Assembly (NCBI GenBank): GCA_965243135.1
Contig: OZ251539.1
Coordinates: 2,144,001 to 2,208,000 of the forward strand
Length of the DNA stretch: 64,000 bases
Direction: 5' to 3'
From: Alphaproteobacteria bacterium
GTDB taxonomy: Bacteria > Pseudomonadota > Alphaproteobacteria > MPNO01 > UBA830
The notes beneath the pieces were generated by a model, which saw only the letters and a list, made by a program, of their open reading frames with translations, was not told the DNA's origin and did no database searches. Shown here in pieces: positions 63,531 to 64,000 of the stretch; positions within the stretch are counted from its first letter, which is position 1; every line of letters starts with the position of its first letter. Position numbers and translations under genes: made by a program.

Positions 63531-64000
63531 CGAAGAACGACCGGGCGGCGACTGCGCGGCTCCGGTCAAGCTCCGGGGCGGCAGCCAGGTTCCGGGACGA
63601 ACCGCTTGCGCAGTTCGGGCGCGTCAGAGCGTTTCCGAAGCCTTCCCTGGCCTGTTCTCCGCATCTTTCGCTTCAGGCGGCCCACACCGCCGCCTCGACC
63701 TTCGATCCGGTCGACATTCGCCGTCGGCGACGGACCTGTTCGTGGCCGCGCCGGAGGAGCTGCTCGATCACGTCCGAGGCTGGGCTCTGGATAACGATCC
63801 CGAACGCGGTTTCCGCCCGCCGCGCCCTTGAGCGCGACCTGCTCGTCGTCCTCGACGAGATGCCGCGGCTCGCCGACCCCGACTCGTTCGCGCTGCGGAA
63901 GCGGGCTGCCGCCGACGCCTGAAACTGCGGCGGGACAGGAGCCAAGCCCTGCCTGTCCCCCACAAATCGATACTGGACTTCTGGGAGCCGATTCGCTACG

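Overview
High-GC alphaproteobacterial chromosome, Rhodospirillales-like. The placement rests on the glnB-glnA pair, an alpha-type ParE, DUF1489, an alpha operon without rpsD, and a tRNA-His that keeps G-1/C73. The right half (~31.5-62.6 kb, minus strand) is the core superoperon: tRNA-Tyr/tRNA-Gly-tuf-tRNA-Trp-secE-nusG-rplKAJL-rpoBC-rpsLG-fusA-tuf-S10-spc-secY-adk-rpsMK-rpoA-rplQ. Its RpoB carries a tandem duplication of the ~108-aa lineage-specific beta-i4 insert. The left half is accessory. It holds a frameshifted phage PBECR-type nuclease remnant, a choline-sulfatase/tripartite tricarboxylate transporter/deacetylase cluster, and a lower-GC DprA-like + PRTase pair resembling the ShosTA anti-phage system. 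It also holds a USP gene with a perfect FNR/FixK box, several pseudogene scraps (DUF2189, DUF4338), and an ankyrin-repeat/Rpn nuclease fusion with a strong internal RBS (candidate nested toxin-antitoxin). Further right are a hybrid FixL-like heme-PAS kinase + OmpR regulator + Crp/Fnr regulator with a K-box-like repeat, and a kinase-divergent enolase-2-hydroxyacid dehydrogenase-FAH operon of unknown substrate. All calls come from reading motifs by eye; no database searches were run. No rRNA, CRISPR array or intact transposase was seen.
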